A stretch of 63,652 bases of DNA, the filler included, from Octopus bimaculoides (lineage: Eukaryota), in the NCBI RefSeq assembly GCF_001194135.2. It is 8 parts of 7 records of this genome, joined end to end, with 100 filler letters (N's around TTAATTAATTAA, not from the genome) between each part and the next. Parts side by side here need not be neighbours in the genome. Positions count along the whole stretch, not along the records: positions 62,504 to 63,652 come from NW_026405661.1; 7 more parts are not named here. One strand, written 5' to 3'. Position numbers and translations under genes: made by a program. The notes under the pieces are model-generated. The model had not been told where the DNA came from, did not search any database, and saw only the letters and a list, made by a program, of their open reading frames with translations. Below are positions 62,557-63,652 of this stretch, piece after piece (position 1 is the first letter of the stretch; each line of letters starts with the position of its first letter).

Positions 62557-63505
62557 ATGCAACTGTCAAAGCGCGATATTCGAGCAATTTTGCTATTCAG
62601 CTTCAAACCAGGACTTAAAGTAACTGAAATTGCTCGCGATATCAACGAAACGTTTGGTGAGCTCTAAAAGGGTTTAAACGATTTTGCAGTGGAGACCTGA
62701 GCCTTGAGGATCGTGAACGTTGTGGACGTCCATCTGTCATCGATGATGGTCAATTAAAGATCCACGTAAAACCACTCGAAAACTGGCAAAAGAACTTCAA
62801 GTTAACTAGAAAACTGTCTGCAACTATTTGAATGCGATTAGAAAATCAGAAAAGTTCAACAATTTGAATGAAAATCAGAAAATGCGCAGATATGAAATTT
62901 GCTCGTCACTTCTCCGTCGCTAGATCGATCCATTTCTTGACCGTATTGTAACTTGCGATGAAAAGTGGATTCTGTACAATAATGAAAAAAACGCTCTTCA
63001 CAGTGGTTGGACCAAAATGAAGCACCAAAAACATTCCCTAAACACGAGCTCTTCAAAAAGAAGGTTAGGGTGATTGCTTGGTGGTGTACTGCTGGACTCA
63101 TCCAGTATAAATTCTTAAAACCCGGAAAAACTATTACTGCAGAAACATATAGCCATGACATTGCCAAAATGAACGAAAAACTGCTACTCCTCCGTCCCAG
63201 ACTGGTCAACGGAAGAGGGTCAATCATTCTTCATGACAATGCTCGACCACACGTTTCACTAATGATGCTCCAGATGTTGAGGAAACTTGGCTACGAAGTT
63301 CTTCCCCTCCTAGTTTATTCCACTGACCTTTCTCCTACCGACTACCACTTTTTCAAGTACCTTGATGGTTTCCTGTGAGAGAAGGAGTTCAAAAATCAAA
63401 CCGGTGCTGAAAGTGCATTCAAAGAGTTCATCAGCTCCAGAACTGAAGATTTTTTTATGTTACCGAAATAAACAAACTTGTAACTCGTTGACAAAATTGT
63501 ATTAT
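62557..63505 (+). pseudogene. Mariner (DD34D, Hsmar1/SETMAR-like) transposase pseudogene
   Basis: MQLSKRDIRAILLFSFK; RIVTCDEKWILYNN; IILHDNARPH; YSTDLSPTDYHFF; stops, frameshifts and deletions. Confidence 0.9.
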
Positions 63506-63617
63506 ACATAATACATGCATAAACATGTATTATATATAGACACATATATATATGTATATATATGTGTATATATGTGTATATGTGTGTTTGTTTGTGTGTG
63601 CACCATGTTCATATGTA

Positions 63618-63652
<35 letters not shown>

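Overview
AT-rich, gap-riddled eukaryotic draft sequence. The SINE families, mariner relics and microsatellite density point to an Octopus/cephalopod genome; this is inferred from recalled repeat families, not from a search. Most of the window is repeat. There are three tRNA-headed SINE families (called A, B, D here) and 3' fragments of RTE, R4/Dong, Tx1/L1 and Penelope retroelements. There are also at least five decayed mariner-type relics, several MITEs, many micro- and minisatellites and several AT-rich palindromes. Only two host-gene sequences are recognisable: the first coding exon of a DXO/DOM3Z decapping exoribonuclease (+, 28030-28424) and an isolated, frameshifted H3.2-type histone H3 copy that keeps its 3' stem-loop (-, 25076-25467). 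The best leads are two independent copies of a Tx1-like LINE each sitting in (GATA)n tracts, a ~1 kb foldback with Penelope-type minimal hammerhead ribozyme relics, an RTE element whose 3' UTR is a triplicated ORF end, and a CpG-depleted block (52.6-60.1 kb) beside a CpG-rich candidate promoter/first exon. No prokaryotic features, CRISPR arrays, rRNA or true tRNA genes were seen. Most ORFs in the supplied track are artefacts of N gaps or microsatellites.
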